Position numbers and translations under genes: made by a program. The notes under the pieces were generated by a model. It was given only the letters and a program-made list of their open reading frames with translations. It had not been told where the DNA came from and did no database searches. From positions 320,001 to 384,000 of the forward strand of contig CAWCNY010000005.1 of NCBI GenBank assembly GCA_963797095.1: DNA of 64,000 bases, given 5' to 3'. This DNA comes from an uncultured Chloroflexia bacterium. Lineage in GTDB: Bacteria; Chloroflexota; Chloroflexia; QHBQ01; JADMIH01. Below, piece by piece: positions 48,197-58,307 of this stretch (position 1 is the first letter of the stretch; each line of letters opens with the position of its first letter).

Positions 48197-50542
48197 ATGT
48201 TTCTTTCGCTTAGAAAAGCGTACCGGGACCTGACGCGCAGGCGCTTGAGGTCGCTGCTCACCATCATCGGTATAGTGATAGGTGTGGGTGGCCTGATGGC
48301 TATTACATCCACCTCGAAGAATATGACGGCGGCGCAGGCCTCGGCTTACAATAACAACTCCCAGCAGGATATGCGCTGGTGGCTGGGTGGAGCGCCAAAT
48401 AGCTTGATGGATGCGGTGGCGCAGGTTCCGAACGTAGAGAGTGTGGATATACGCGCGCAGTATTACACCAAATGGTATGCATCGGGCGCATGGCGCGACA
48501 TGTTGTTCAACGGCATACGAGACTTCAGCGATATGCGCGTCAATAGAGTTGATCTGGTAGAGGGGCGCTGGCCTCGCCGGGGAGAGGTAGTGCTGGAGAC
48601 CTCGGTGCGAGATGTGGCCCCTGTGCAGATCGGTGATGAGATCACATACCGGTCGAGTGAAAACGAGACGAAACATCTGCTTGTGGTGGGGTTCGCCAAG
48701 TCGCCGTCCTATCCATCAGCCAATATCATCGGCACGTCCGTTGGCTATGCACCGGAAGACGACGTTGAGAAGATGTACAGCTTGAACGGCGCGAACCAGA
48801 TCCTTGTGCGGCTCAAGGACTTCTCACCGGGGCTACGGGCAGACACACGGCAGGATATCGAGCGGGTGTTCGTCAAGCGGAACCTGCAATACGCATCCTA
48901 CTGGGAGCGCAACCCCGATGATTATGTGGGCAAGCGCCAGCTTGACGCGCTGGTAGCCTTGATGACGGTGTTCTCCATCGTGGGGCTGGTGATCGCGTCG
49001 TTTCTGGTAGCGAACACACTCGCCGCTGTTATCTCGGAGCAAATGGGCGAGATCGGGGCCATGAAGGCGATAGGGGCCACCGGCGGTAAGGTGGTGAGCG
49101 TGTACATCATGGCCGGGATCATGTATGGGGTGGTGGGTACGGGGTTGGGCCTGGTGCTGGGAGTGGCGGGCGGTTGGGGCTTGATGACCTACCTGGGCAA
49201 TCTGTTCAACCTTAGCATCAATGGTATCTCGGTCGATCCCGTGGACGTGGCGCAAGGCGTAGGGGTTGGCGTGGGTGTGACCACGCTGGCGGCGTATCTG
49301 CCCGCGTGGAGGGGTACAGCGATAACCGTGCGAAAAGCACTGGATAGCTACGGCATCACGGCCACTTATGGGCAGGGCGCTCTCGACAAGTTCATCCAGA
49401 GGCTGAGTAGATTGCCCAGGATACCGGGGATGGCCTTGCGGAACCTGGCACGACGTAAAGTGCGCAACCTTGTGACCGTGGGGGCCATCGCGCTGGCTAC
49501 GGCGGCATTCCTTGCCGCGCAAAGCACCAGCGACTCTGTAAACCTTTCCATCGCAAATGCGTATGATGTATATGGAAGCGATGCCTGGGTGTGGTTCAAC
49601 TCACCCGTAACGCAGGGCTTCGCAGAAAGCCTGCATTCGCTCCCTGAAGTGGTGGAGGTCGAACCCTGGGCCAATTCGAGCGCTGCCGTGGCGGATTTGA
49701 AGGTGACGATGTGGGGCATCCCGCCCGATACACATCTTTATAATTACAAGCTGACAGCGGGCCGCTGGTTGAAGGAAGATGAACCTTTTGGTGCGGTGCT
49801 TTCGTCGCGTTTTGCGGATTCCGAGGGCTACCACCTGGGAGACAGCATCGAACTGCGGACAGGGGGCGAGGACGCGTGGCTGACGGTAGTCGGCATGGTG
49901 AACGACAACGCCCAGGGCCTGCAATCATCGAGCAAGGGCAAGGTGTTTGTATCGCTCAATACAGCCGATACGTTGCTGCGCACAGGTAACAATGCGGACT
50001 TTTTTGCGGTACGGTTGCGAGACCACGATGGCCCATCGGTCGAGGCGGCGCTCGGCGCAATCGAGAAGAAATACCGCGACCTGTCGCCGGGGATGCTGGC
50101 AGCGTACGCCGACGAAGAGTTGAGCCTGGAAGCTAGCAAGATATTGACGATACTCCTCTACGCGATGACCATCATAGTGGGCGCGATTGGCGGCATAGGC
50201 GTCGCCAACACGCTTACTCTGAATGTGCTTGAGCGGAGGCGGGAAATTGGCGTGATGCGCGCCGTTGGCGGGCAGAACGGGCATCTGGTGCAGGTGTTTC
50301 TCACAGAAGCGTTAGCCATGGGCGGTATGGGGTTCGTGATCGGGTTGGCGGTTGGATTGCCGATGGCACGCCTGCTGGTGTGGCTGATGGAGCAGGTGCT
50401 CTTTCCGCTAGATTTCATCTTCCCGGCTCAGATGGTGGTCATGGCGTTGGTGTTTACGATACTGCTGACTATGCTCGCCAGCATTGGCCCGGCGTTGGGC
50501 GCTGCACGTCTGAAGGTCAGCCAGGCACTCAGGTACGAATGA
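48197..50542 (+). CDS. FtsX/MacB-like ABC transporter permease (double FtsX domain)
   Basis: RSLLTIIGIVIGV, EIGAMKAIGA, NVLERRREIGVMRAVG, ALRYE. Confidence 0.93.
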   Translation: MFLSLRKAYRDLTRRRLRSLLTIIGIVIGVGGLMAITSTSKNMTAAQASAYNNNSQQDMRWWLGGAPNSLMDAVAQVPNVESVDIRAQYYTKWYASGAWRDMLFNGIRDFSDMRVNRVDLVEGRWPRRGEVVLETSVRDVAPVQIGDEITYRSSENETKHLLVVGFAKSPSYPSANIIGTSVGYAPEDDVEKMYSLNGANQILVRLKDFSPGLRADTRQDIERVFVKRNLQYASYWERNPDDYVGKRQLDALVALMTVFSIVGLVIASFLVANTLAAVISEQMGEIGAMKAIGATGGKVVSVYIMAGIMYGVVGTGLGLVLGVAGGWGLMTYLGNLFNLSINGISVDPVDVAQGVGVGVGVTTLAAYLPAWRGTAITVRKALDSYGITATYGQGALDKFIQRLSRLPRIPGMALRNLARRKVRNLVTVGAIALATAAFLAAQSTSDSVNLSIANAYDVYGSDAWVWFNSPVTQGFAESLHSLPEVVEVEPWANSSAAVADLKVTMWGIPPDTHLYNYKLTAGRWLKEDEPFGAVLSSRFADSEGYHLGDSIELRTGGEDAWLTVVGMVNDNAQGLQSSSKGKVFVSLNTADTLLRTGNNADFFAVRLRDHDGPSVEAALGAIEKKYRDLSPGMLAAYADEELSLEASKILTILLYAMTIIVGAIGGIGVANTLTLNVLERRREIGVMRAVGGQNGHLVQVFLTEALAMGGMGFVIGLAVGLPMARLLVWLMEQVLFPLDFIFPAQMVVMALVFTILLTMLASIGPALGAARLKVSQALRYE

Positions 50543-50638
50543 GTAAGGACAGGAACAAGGAACTTGCTACTCGTCACTCGTCACTCGTCAGGATAACTGT
50601 TTGGTCTGAGTTTGGAACGAATAGAATACGGGGTTGAT

Positions 50639-52927
50639 ATGGCAAAGGACTTACAGAAGGCGCGAACCGAAGGCAATGATATTGGTGCGGGTAATGGACA
50701 CGCGCCGTTGGATACTACAGAGAATGGGTTCGCGGATGCGACTACTTCCGTGAACGTACCCGCGATTTCGGGGGCTGATATAGAGGTGTTGCGGCCACGA
50801 AGAAGCCGCTGGCGGGTGGTTTTGCCGGTATTGCTGCTGATCCTGGCGGCGGTGGCTGTGGGATGGTGGTTGCTTAGGCCGGCGAAAGGCGCACAGACAG
50901 TCAACGCGGAGCGCGGCACGATCATATCGACGGTAGAGACAACGGGGAAGTTGCAAGCCGAAACCAGCGCGCAACTGTCGTTCAACAGGTCGGGGCGGGT
51001 TAAGCGGGTGCTGGCGAAAGAGGGGGATACGGTTAAGGCAGGCGACGTGCTGGCCGAGCTGGATACCGAGGACCTGGCAAGGAGCGTGGACCAGGCTGAG
51101 GTGCAACTTGAGATAAGCAAATTGAAGTTGCAACAAGCCCAAGAGGGGTCGCGCGAGGAAGACATAGTTGGGGCCACAGCCGATTTGAACGCGGCTACCG
51201 CCCGTCTGAACAGTGTGAAACAAGGAAGCCGTGCCGAGGATATCGCGGCAGCCCAGGCCGCAGCCAATGAGGCTCAGGCCAGGCTTGATGCCGTGAAGAA
51301 GGGGCCAACGCAGGAGGATATAGCGACTGCGGAAGCGACTTTGCGGCAAGCCCAGGCCAAGCTTGCCGAAGCGCGGCAGCCGGCAACCCCTGAGCAGATC
51401 AGCGGCGCGGAAGCGGCTGTGCGGCAGGCACAGGCGAACTACGACGCTCTCAAGAAGGGAGCAAGCGAGGAGGATCTGGCGGCGGCGCAGGCCGCATTGG
51501 ACCAGGCCAACGCCAACCTCGCGAAGGCGAAGCAAGGTGCCTCACAGGATGATATTGACGCTGCCCAGGCAAAGGTAGACGAAGCCAAAGCGGCTCGCGA
51601 CCAGGTTGCCGCCACGACCAGTAACGCCAAAGAGCAGGCGAGGCTTGACGTGGTGCAGGCGTCCAACGCCCTACAGAATGTGCAGGATGTGTACGGCAAG
51701 ATCAAGGACGAGAACGATCAGAAGAAGCCCCAGGACCTGACCGGTGACGACAAGGACCGCGAGGCCAAAGCCTTGCGAGACGTAAATGACGCCCAGGCCA
51801 GGGTGAACCAGGCTTCGCTCAATTACGACGCGGCAAAGAAGAGCGAGATCGCGCAGCTTGCCCAGGCAGACGCCAACATTCAGGAGGCACAGGCGGCACT
51901 CGACAAGTTGAAGGCCGGACCAACCGCCGAGGATGTTAGCATCGCGCAGGCGGGGGTCGATTCGGCGCAAGCCAAGCTGGATCAGGTGAGAGCAGGACCG
52001 GAGCCGGAGGAGTTGGCGGCAGCGCAGGCGCAGATAGACCAGGCGCAAGCCAACCTCGACCATCTGAAGGCAGGTGGTACGCAAAGCGAGATCGATGCTG
52101 CCCAGGCAGAGGTTGACAAGGCGCAGGCAGCACTCGACAAGCTGAACGCTGGGCCAACCGCAGAAGATGTGAGGGTTGCCACTGAGGAGGTGGCGCAAGC
52201 CCAGGCCAACCTGGATAAGGTCAAGAGCGGGGCCACCCCGGAGGAGTTACAGGAAGCGCAGGCGCAGGTGGACGCCGCCCAGGCAACGCTTGATAAGTTA
52301 AGAGCGGGGCCAACCGACACAGACCTCGCAATCCTTCAGAAACAGATCTTGCTGTCACAAATCTCCCTGGACTCGGCCAACTCACAGCTTGACGATGCAC
52401 AGTTGACCACGCCCATCGCAGGCACGGTGCTGACTATGGGCCTGGACGTGGGTGAGACGGTAGGAGGACTCCAGCAGGTCGCAAGCGTGGCCGACCTGAC
52501 ATCGCTGCGGATCAAGGCGGATATAGATGAGTTGGATATTGGCCGTGTCAGCGTGGGGCAGGCTGTAACGGTAACGCTTGATGCATACCCTGGAGTAAAA
52601 TTGCCGGGCAGGATCGACAAGCTTGCGCCGGGAGCCACTCAGAAGCAGGGGAGCACCGTCTATCAGGCAACAGTCAGTTTCTCTGCAGCGGATGGCGTAG
52701 TGCCACGCGAGGGAATGGCTGCCAACGTGGACGTGACGGCCCAGCGTAAGGACGATGTGCTCCTATTGCCCAACCGCGCCATCGAAACGGTTGGGGACCG
52801 CCAGTATGTAACCATCCGGGACGGCGACACTACGCGCGACGTGGAGATCGAGACCGGCCTCTCGAACAACTCGGAGACCGAGGTAGTGTCCGGTCTAAAT
52901 GAGGGGCAAGCGGTAGTAGTGAGGTAG
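50639..52927 (+). CDS. HlyD/MacA-like periplasmic adaptor with a greatly extended alpha-hairpin
   Basis: Single TM; SGRV...EGDTVKAGDVLAELD and TPIAGTV lipoyl halves; DELDIGRVSVGQ; EGMAANV; 12 copies of a 26-aa repeat. Confidence 0.92.
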   Translation: MAKDLQKARTEGNDIGAGNGHAPLDTTENGFADATTSVNVPAISGADIEVLRPRRSRWRVVLPVLLLILAAVAVGWWLLRPAKGAQTVNAERGTIISTVETTGKLQAETSAQLSFNRSGRVKRVLAKEGDTVKAGDVLAELDTEDLARSVDQAEVQLEISKLKLQQAQEGSREEDIVGATADLNAATARLNSVKQGSRAEDIAAAQAAANEAQARLDAVKKGPTQEDIATAEATLRQAQAKLAEARQPATPEQISGAEAAVRQAQANYDALKKGASEEDLAAAQAALDQANANLAKAKQGASQDDIDAAQAKVDEAKAARDQVAATTSNAKEQARLDVVQASNALQNVQDVYGKIKDENDQKKPQDLTGDDKDREAKALRDVNDAQARVNQASLNYDAAKKSEIAQLAQADANIQEAQAALDKLKAGPTAEDVSIAQAGVDSAQAKLDQVRAGPEPEELAAAQAQIDQAQANLDHLKAGGTQSEIDAAQAEVDKAQAALDKLNAGPTAEDVRVATEEVAQAQANLDKVKSGATPEELQEAQAQVDAAQATLDKLRAGPTDTDLAILQKQILLSQISLDSANSQLDDAQLTTPIAGTVLTMGLDVGETVGGLQQVASVADLTSLRIKADIDELDIGRVSVGQAVTVTLDAYPGVKLPGRIDKLAPGATQKQGSTVYQATVSFSAADGVVPREGMAANVDVTAQRKDDVLLLPNRAIETVGDRQYVTIRDGDTTRDVEIETGLSNNSETEVVSGLNEGQAVVVR

Positions 52928-53007
52928 AGGGTGGTTGGCGGTAGTCGGAAGGAACCAGATAATGTTCGCCTTGAAGCCGCGATTTGTAGGCGGGAACTGA
53001 TTGGAAA

Positions 53008-54174
53008 ATGAGCGCGACCTTCACGGTAGTGGATCTTATGCGTGCCGGTGGGCCGCTGCAAGGGGCCAGGATATTAGCAGGCGAGGAAGGCCTGGGTAAT
53101 GCTGTGGTCTGGGCGGTTACGCTCAGGCCATACGCGCCCACGATCCCACCCATGAAGGGCGGCGAGATTGCGCTGACCGGAGCCGATACATTGGCCCGGC
53201 AGGGCATAAGTCAGGCGAGCGTGATCGAGAGGTTGGCTCAGTTGGGGGCCTCGGGCTTCGCGATCAAAGGCGAAGTGGAGAGCGATGCAATGGAGGCGGC
53301 CCGGCGCGTGACACTGCCGATCCTCAAAATCGCAGGTGAGACCGCCCTGCACGAAATCGAGCAGGAGATCATCAGAGAATGTGTGATGTTCCAGGCGCGA
53401 CGCGAAGTATCAGCGCCGCAGGAGCCGTGGGGCTGGATCGGAGTGCTGGTGTCAGGACAAGATGTGTCGCCTATCGAATTGCAGGCCCAGGCCCGGCGAG
53501 ACGGCTACAATCTCCCGGCGAGCGTGTCGGTGGCCTACCTTGTCCCTTTGGGTAACGAGCCGAAATCAAATGAGGTCGCAGGGCTTGTCGCATCCATTGC
53601 CAGGCAGCGAGATAAACGTGAGCCGAGCCCGGCTGTATGCACGTATGAAGATGGGGTGCTGGCGATACTGCCCCCTGGGAGCAGCGATTCTGTGCTGGCA
53701 CACGACGGATGGGCCTGTGGCATCGGCACGGAAAGATCGCTTGTGCAGGCGGCCATTTCGCTGGAGGAAGCTCGAATAGCCGCTCTGGTATCGGCCCGGC
53801 TGAACGATGGAGCGCCTGTCAGGTACGGCCGGATGGGGATGGATCTGTTGCTCATCACCCTGTACAGAGAGAAAGGGGGTGAGTTGCAAGCCTTTGTACA
53901 GGAGACACTGGGGCCACTGCTGGAACACGACCTCAACAACGCCACGCAGCTCCTGCCTACCATCGAAGTGTTCGCAGGCCACGCGGGGCGATTGCGCGAG
54001 ACAGCGAGTGAGATATACATCCATCGCAACACACTCGCTTATCGCCTCGAACGTGCCGCCGACATCCTGGGGAAAGACCTGAAAGACCCGCATACACTGT
54101 TGAACATCGCCGTAGCACTGCGAGCTAGAAAATTACTGGAAGGGAGAGAAGCAAAGAATGATTCAGATCGGTAA
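53008..54174 (+). CDS. PucR-family transcriptional regulator
   Basis: N-terminal LAGEEGLGNAVVW...GGEIALT PucR domain; C-terminal LGPLLEHD...IHRNTLAYRL HTH. Confidence 0.9.
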   Translation: MSATFTVVDLMRAGGPLQGARILAGEEGLGNAVVWAVTLRPYAPTIPPMKGGEIALTGADTLARQGISQASVIERLAQLGASGFAIKGEVESDAMEAARRVTLPILKIAGETALHEIEQEIIRECVMFQARREVSAPQEPWGWIGVLVSGQDVSPIELQAQARRDGYNLPASVSVAYLVPLGNEPKSNEVAGLVASIARQRDKREPSPAVCTYEDGVLAILPPGSSDSVLAHDGWACGIGTERSLVQAAISLEEARIAALVSARLNDGAPVRYGRMGMDLLLITLYREKGGELQAFVQETLGPLLEHDLNNATQLLPTIEVFAGHAGRLRETASEIYIHRNTLAYRLERAADILGKDLKDPHTLLNIAVALRARKLLEGREAKNDSDR

Positions 54175-54197
54175 TTTAGCTGCTTCGGCGAGGGATC

Positions 54198-54920
54198 ATG
54201 TATTACGACCAATCAGCTTATGACATCCGCTGCGAGTGGGCTGCCGCCGGGATTGCCCATCTTGCGCCTGCCTGCGATGTGGTCATTATTGTGGATGTGC
54301 TGTCGTTCTCGACGTGCATTGATGTGGCGGTTGGACGTGGCGCGGAGGTATTTCCCTTCCCATGGGGAGGCCACGCGCTTGATGAGTTCGTCGCGAAAGT
54401 TGGGGGAGTAGCAGCAAGCTCAAGGCGTGGCGAAAGGGGGCGCTATACCCTCTCTCCGGCATCCCTGGAGAAGATACCCACCAGTACGAGGCTCGTGCTG
54501 CCTTCGCCCAATGGGGCAGCCTTATCACTGGCGACGGGCGCAACGCCTACTTTAGCTGGGTGCTTGCGTAACGCGCGCAGCGTGGCTGAGACCGCTTTGA
54601 CCATAGGACAGAACATACTGGTTGTGCCGGCAGGCGAACGCTGGGGCCCTGGCACATTACGCCCGGCCATCGAGGACCTGATCGGGGCGGGAGCTATCAT
54701 TAAGTACCTTGCAGAAGACGCTGCGGTATCGCCCGAAGCGCAGGTGGCCCGCAGTGCATACGAGGCAGAGTGGGATACACTCTATGGGCGGCTGGCGGCA
54801 TCCAGTTCGGGCAGGGAGCTAATCGAACGAGGGTTCCGAAAGGATGTTGAGATGGCTGCCGAGTTGAATTGTAGCGATTGCGCGCCCATACTACGGGACG
54901 GCGCTTACGTTAGAAGCTAG
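54198..54920 (+). CDS. 2-phosphosulfolactate phosphatase (ComB) family protein
   Basis: VDVLSFST, LSPAS, SPNG, GCLRNA, AGERW, EDLIGAG, SSSGREL. Confidence 0.9.
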   Translation: MYYDQSAYDIRCEWAAAGIAHLAPACDVVIIVDVLSFSTCIDVAVGRGAEVFPFPWGGHALDEFVAKVGGVAASSRRGERGRYTLSPASLEKIPTSTRLVLPSPNGAALSLATGATPTLAGCLRNARSVAETALTIGQNILVVPAGERWGPGTLRPAIEDLIGAGAIIKYLAEDAAVSPEAQVARSAYEAEWDTLYGRLAASSSGRELIERGFRKDVEMAAELNCSDCAPILRDGAYVRS

Positions 54921-57900
54921 CTCAGGCTCTTCAAGTTCTCCAGAATGGCTCTTACTCCGATCTTGCGGGCTGTGCTCGTCCTCGGCTTCCGACCACGGAA
55001 CCGAGCCATCGTCGTACCAGGCCTGGGCAAATAACCTGGGTATCGTCCCATCATCCGCCATTTCCAACCCGCACCTGACCGCGAAGTCGGCACAGTAGCG
55101 GCGGAAGATAGCGCGTAGCTCCTTCCCGTCGTCTTCGCCAAGTGTGCTGTAAGTGTAGAAGCCGATCAGCTTGCCTTCGCGGTTTATGCCTATTAGCTTG
55201 CGCCCGATCACCCTATCCACACCGTCGTAGGCGTAGACAACACGCTTGTTCAATTCACAGGCGTTGGCGACAGTGGAGAATGAGTTGAACTGCTCAAAAG
55301 AGAGGCAGGTATCGAAGTAGTTGCCCATCTGAAGCACGCCGAGAGGATCGCGTTCAAGCAATAAGCGCACTTTGCCTCCGGCCACTCCCCGGCAAGCGTA
55401 TTTCCTGGGATTGGCCGACAGCCATAACTGAGTATCCACGCCTGTCCCGGCAAGTTTGGACAGGTAACGAACATTGGCCGGGTGGTGCTCATGCCAGCGG
55501 CGATCACCGCGCAAGTAGGCACGCAAGAGGCGTGTTAGCAATTTCCGGTTCGAGTCGACATCACCCAGCAAGAGGGTAGCGTTCACCAGGTCGTCGGTGA
55601 TCAAGAGGTCGGGTGGGAGAGGTCCGGCTAGACCCTGGAGTCGGATAGAGTAGCATTCCAGGATTTTCTTCTCGGCGGCTGCTATGTGTGCCTCGGCTTC
55701 CACCTGCCCCAGGCGCTCCTCGATTTCGACGCGCACCTCTGACATGAGCTTGCTGTCGTTTGCAAGGCGGGAGCGAAGGCTGGCAGCGCGGGAGCTCAGA
55801 TCGGAGCGGGCGCGATCTGCTTCAAGTTTGTGCTCAATGTAGGCTAGCTCGCCGGCGATCTTCTGCGGCTGCTCAAGCGCCTTGCGTACGCCTGGCGGGA
55901 CGGCCTCGGAAGCTTCGCGAGTGCGCTGAGCCAGCAGATAAGAGCGGGCTACTTCGTCCACGCTCGGCGCGGCGTCGATCACTGCCTGCCACTCGACCGG
56001 CAAACTGATTCCTTCGAGGGAGTTGCCTTCGAGGTAGTTGAGTGGGGCTGTAAATTCGGGGCCAAGTTTGGAGGCGAAGCCGATCTTGACTGCCAGGTCA
56101 AGGCAGCGGTGGGGTTGGAGAGGGAAGATGCGGGCAAGCGCGCGCCCCAGGATCGGGAAATTGCGTAAGACTGTGGCCGCATTGCTTACTTGAGCGGTGT
56201 TGCGGTCGAACTGGTGACTGAGAGCAGTAAGGGCTATTCGCTCGAAGGAAGGATAGTCATCGCCCGCAAGCACCACACCAAGAGGCACTATCAGGCGCAA
56301 ATCAAATGCTGTCCGTGTCAGGTCCGCGCCGGGAGGTATTTCCCGGACAAGCGCGGTTATGAGATCGCCAAACCAGCGCAAGCCGGTATCTCCGAGCGAC
56401 TTATCCAGGGCTGCCACTATTTGAACAAGCTCGTATGGCATGGCGTGGTCGCCGTCCAGAAATGGGGTCATGCTGGGTATGTAACGAGCCCATTGGCGGG
56501 CCTTGTTATGCGCCTCGGCAGCACGCGAGGGCAAGGCTTCGAGGAAGGATTCGAGGAGTGCACCCCTCGACATAAGGGGCGATTGGAGGATTGCATTAGT
56601 GAGGGATACGAGGCTCTGCCGCGCCTCCTTCGCAGTAGCAAAACTGATGCGCGCCAGGGCGTTAGCTATACCCCAGGCATGGTTAGTGCTGCTGAAGTCG
56701 TCCACGAGGGAAAGTACAAACCTGAATATGTCAAGGTCTTTGAAGCGTTGAAAGGCAAGCAAATAGACTGCATCCAGCTTGAACGCTCGTCGAACAAGGT
56801 CGGGATCACGAGCGTTCTGGAGGGCCTGACCTATACGGTCCAGATCCTGGGACTGCACACGCGCCAATCTCGCACTCAGATGAAGGTCCTCTACCTGGTC
56901 GAGGCCATCCCAGATGAGATCGCGCTCCTCATGAAGGAGGCGCAGGTAAGAACCACGTAGCTCCAGGGGGAGATTCAAGCCTGCGGTAAGAGCAGCCACT
57001 GTAGCGTCGCCGAGGGCTGTGTGATATTGGGGTCGAAGATAGATGATATCGGACGCGAGTACCAGAGCATAATTCACTACGGTGGGATCAGCCGATTCAT
57101 TGGCGTATCTATGGACCAGGGCTACCAGAGTGCTGATGGTCTGGGCACGCTCGTTGCGGAGATTAGAAGCGGCCTCGGCGCGCGATGGTATGTGCTTATA
57201 AGGGGGTAATGCTGCGCGGTAATTGCCTATATGGTCGGCCAGGGGCGCAATTTCGGCACAGGCGCTGCACAGTTCGATCATGGTAGTCGCCGCCACGCCG
57301 CGCCACAATAGAGTACGGAGAGAGGTGCTATCGGGCAGGTAGGCGGCTGCGAAAGCGCAGAGAGCTTGATAGCGCTCGGCAAGCTCGGCGCTGCCCGTTT
57401 CCAGTAGAGCTACCAGGAGGGGAGGGTCTTCTGATAGGCCGTGGTGAGTACCCCAATCGTATGAAAGCATCTGACAGCGATCAGGGAAAACGGGGTTCGC
57501 GGTGTCCCACTTACCGGCCTTGCGAAGAGCGCCCAGCCGGAGGGCCGCAAGCGCCCTGGCGATGGGCAATTCTTCCGGATCTGACGACAACGAGAGCAAA
57601 GGACGGACAGCATGGGTGCCGCAAGACAGGAGGGCGGATGAAGGGGATTCAGGTAATGGGTTGAGACAGTACGCCTCGGCAACAAGCAATGAGGCTAGAT
57701 GGTGCAAGGTAGGTTCGGCGCTTTGCTGAAGTGATTGAGGAGAGCAGAGCGCCTCCAGGTCAGGCTCCTGGATGACTGATAGGCGCTTGGCGACAGTCAG
57801 GCGTTCAAAGCGGCGGGCCAGCCAGGCAGCAGTATCGCCAAGAGCCTGGCGTGAGGCACGCGGATAGCCCGCGATCTGCTTCAGTCTGCGCTGGGCAAGC

Positions 57901-58082
57901 GCGATCAGGTGGCGATTGGGAACGACCGTACCTCGATCTAGCTCCCAGACCACGCGCCCATCGCGCCAGTAGGGATTGCCCTCAAGCCAGGCTGTTTCGC
58001 CGGCCATGGCGCGCACAGCCAGCACCCGCTTGCGATAGCGGCGGGACCCGGGGCGACTCTGCTTCAGATAGCGGTCATCCAT
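54891..58082 (-). CDS. Large hypothetical protein (about 1060 aa) with a conserved-looking C-terminal domain
   Basis: Long uninterrupted ORF; helical N-terminal two-thirds; C-terminal ERDPLGVLQMGNYFDTCLS...VANACELNKRVVY...WYDDG. Start position uncertain. Confidence 0.85.
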   Translation of the reverse strand: MDDRYLKQSRPGSRRYRKRVLAVRAMAGETAWLEGNPYWRDGRVVWELDRGTVVPNRHLIALAQRRLKQIAGYPRASRQALGDTAAWLARRFERLTVAKRLSVIQEPDLEALCSPQSLQQSAEPTLHHLASLLVAEAYCLNPLPESPSSALLSCGTHAVRPLLSLSSDPEELPIARALAALRLGALRKAGKWDTANPVFPDRCQMLSYDWGTHHGLSEDPPLLVALLETGSAELAERYQALCAFAAAYLPDSTSLRTLLWRGVAATTMIELCSACAEIAPLADHIGNYRAALPPYKHIPSRAEAASNLRNERAQTISTLVALVHRYANESADPTVVNYALVLASDIIYLRPQYHTALGDATVAALTAGLNLPLELRGSYLRLLHEERDLIWDGLDQVEDLHLSARLARVQSQDLDRIGQALQNARDPDLVRRAFKLDAVYLLAFQRFKDLDIFRFVLSLVDDFSSTNHAWGIANALARISFATAKEARQSLVSLTNAILQSPLMSRGALLESFLEALPSRAAEAHNKARQWARYIPSMTPFLDGDHAMPYELVQIVAALDKSLGDTGLRWFGDLITALVREIPPGADLTRTAFDLRLIVPLGVVLAGDDYPSFERIALTALSHQFDRNTAQVSNAATVLRNFPILGRALARIFPLQPHRCLDLAVKIGFASKLGPEFTAPLNYLEGNSLEGISLPVEWQAVIDAAPSVDEVARSYLLAQRTREASEAVPPGVRKALEQPQKIAGELAYIEHKLEADRARSDLSSRAASLRSRLANDSKLMSEVRVEIEERLGQVEAEAHIAAAEKKILECYSIRLQGLAGPLPPDLLITDDLVNATLLLGDVDSNRKLLTRLLRAYLRGDRRWHEHHPANVRYLSKLAGTGVDTQLWLSANPRKYACRGVAGGKVRLLLERDPLGVLQMGNYFDTCLSFEQFNSFSTVANACELNKRVVYAYDGVDRVIGRKLIGINREGKLIGFYTYSTLGEDDGKELRAIFRRYCADFAVRCGLEMADDGTIPRLFAQAWYDDGSVPWSEAEDEHSPQDRSKSHSGELEEPELASNVSAVP

Positions 58083-58207
58083 GGCGAGAGGGAAGTTCCA
58101 AGTTGCTAATTCCTGGTTTCTGGGTCCTGGTTTCTTGTTCAACAGGCAAAGTTGCCATACAGGTAAATGAGCAACTTGGAACTAGCAACTAGGAACCCAA
58201 AAATCGG

Positions 58208-58301
58208 CGGGAGTGCATGGGAGTCGAACCCACCTGCGCCACTCTGCGTAACGCACAGCAGTTTTGAAGACTGTGAAGCCCACCGGGACCTTTCCACTCC
58301 C
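58208..58301 (-). tRNA. selC: tRNA-Sec (anticodon TCA)
   Basis: Minus strand GGGAGTG...CAGT-CTTCAAA-ACTG, long variable arm, GTGGG-TTCGACT-CCCAT T-arm, CACTCCC-G discriminator. Followed by CCG, so CCA is not encoded. Confidence 0.93.
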
Positions 58302-58307
58302 ACATAA

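Noticed and set aside
54198-54920. Coenzyme M biosynthesis from ComB
   Set aside because: No comA/C/D/E nearby; stand-alone ComB-like phosphatases are common.
54891-58301. Genomic island integrated at selC
   Set aside because: No integrase nearby and I found no duplicate of the tRNA-Sec 3' end in the window.
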